Shown here: positions 63,050 to 64,000 of the stretch, in pieces | Position numbering within the stretch: position 1 is the first letter of the stretch | How the letters are laid out: each line of letters opens with the position of its first letter | Assembly: GCF_036365525.1 (NCBI RefSeq) | Contig: NC_090421.1 | Span: 992,001 to 1,056,000 of the forward strand | Length of the DNA: 64,000 nt | Direction of reading: 5' to 3' | From: Heterodontus francisci | Lineage: Eukaryota | Made by a program: the position numbers and the translations under genes | The notes under the pieces: generated by a model | The model's input: only the letters and a program-made list of their open reading frames with translations | The model's database searches: none | What the model was told of the DNA's origin: nothing

Positions 63050-64000
63050 GAAGTGAGGTGAGAGTGATTGTCCTGGATATCAAGGCAGCATTTGACCAGT
63101 TTGGTTAGGGTTCCTTGATGCCACACTCTAAGTCGATGGGAATCGGGGAAGACTCTCCACTGGTTGGAGTCATACCTAAAACAAAGGAAGACGGTTGTGG
63201 TTGTTGGAGATCAATCGTCTCAGCCCCAGGGCATCACTGCAGGAGTTCCTCAGGGTAGTGTCCTTGGCCCAACCATCTTCAGCTGCTTCATCAATGACAT
63301 TCCCTCCATCATAAGGTCAGAAGTGGAGATGTTCAGTACTGTTCACAACTGCTCAGATACTGAAGCAGTCTGTCTCCATGTGCAGCAAGATCTGGACAAC
63401 ATTCAGGCTTGGGCTGATGAGTGGCAAGTAACATTCGCACCCCACAACTGCCAGGCAATGACCATCTCCGACAAGAGAGAATCTAACTATCTCCCCTTGA
63501 CATTCAACAGCATTACCATTGCTGAATCCCCCACGATCAGCGTCTTTTGGGCGGGGTGCCACTGACCAAAAACTGAACTGGAGCAGCCACATAAATACTG
63601 TGGCTACAAGAGCAGGCCAGAGACTGGGAATTCTGCAGCGAGTAACTCACCACCTGACTCCCCAGAGCCTGTCCACCATCTACAAGGCACAAATCAGGAG
63701 TGTGATGGAATACTCTCCACTTGCCTGGATGGGTGCAGCTCCAACAACACTGCAGAAGCTCAACACCATCCAGGTCAAGACAGCCTGCTTGATTGGCACC
63801 CCATCCAGCACCTTAAACATGCTCTCCCTCCATCACCGACGCACAGTGGCAGCAGTGTGTACCATATACAAGATGCACTGCAGCAACTCACCACATCCCC
63901 TTCGACAGCACCTTCCAAACCCATGACCTCTTCCACCTAGAAGGACAAGGGCAGCAGACTCATGGGAACACCACTGAGTGCAAGTTCCCCCTCTGAGCCA
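63050..64000 (+). mobile_element. CR1-group LINE RT fragment, runs off the window
   Basis: LDIKAAFD, GVPQGSVLGPTIF, QQDLDNIQAWA remnants. Confidence 0.92.

Noticed and set aside
58700-64000. RNF41 coding exon
   Set aside because: No MGYDV.RF-like RING N-terminus found, so the gene symbol was not assigned.

Overview
Vertebrate genomic DNA, very probably from a shark or other cartilaginous fish (inferred from the DeuSINE, V-SINE/HE1, CR1 and Penelope repeat content). Two spliced genes lie on the minus strand. The first is a LIV-1 family zinc transporter, best called SLC39A5/ZIP5: 8 coding exons from 17377 to 133, with the 3' end beyond the left edge. The second is a complete 6-exon, 211-aa SOSS-B gene, best called NABP2 (53023 to 45058). 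A motif-dense CpG promoter at ~58.0-58.7 kb probably also starts a plus-strand gene; RNF41 is expected from human synteny, but none of its coding sequence is in the window. The rest is retroelement-rich: CR1, L2, RTE, Tx1, Penelope, several SINE families and three solo LTRs. Most unusual signals: (i) three different retroelement segments (55, 33 and 45 bp) tandemly amplified in place inside their parent elements, up to 75 copies; (ii) minimal dimer-type hammerhead ribozyme motifs in Penelope-derived elements, one near-intact in the sense strand of a ZIP5 intron; (iii) an ERV-like solo LTR split by an RTE next to the promoter; (iv) both genes show paralogue-mosaic protein features. Exon boundaries were read manually (GT-AG, phases consistent). 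Repeat boundaries are approximate.
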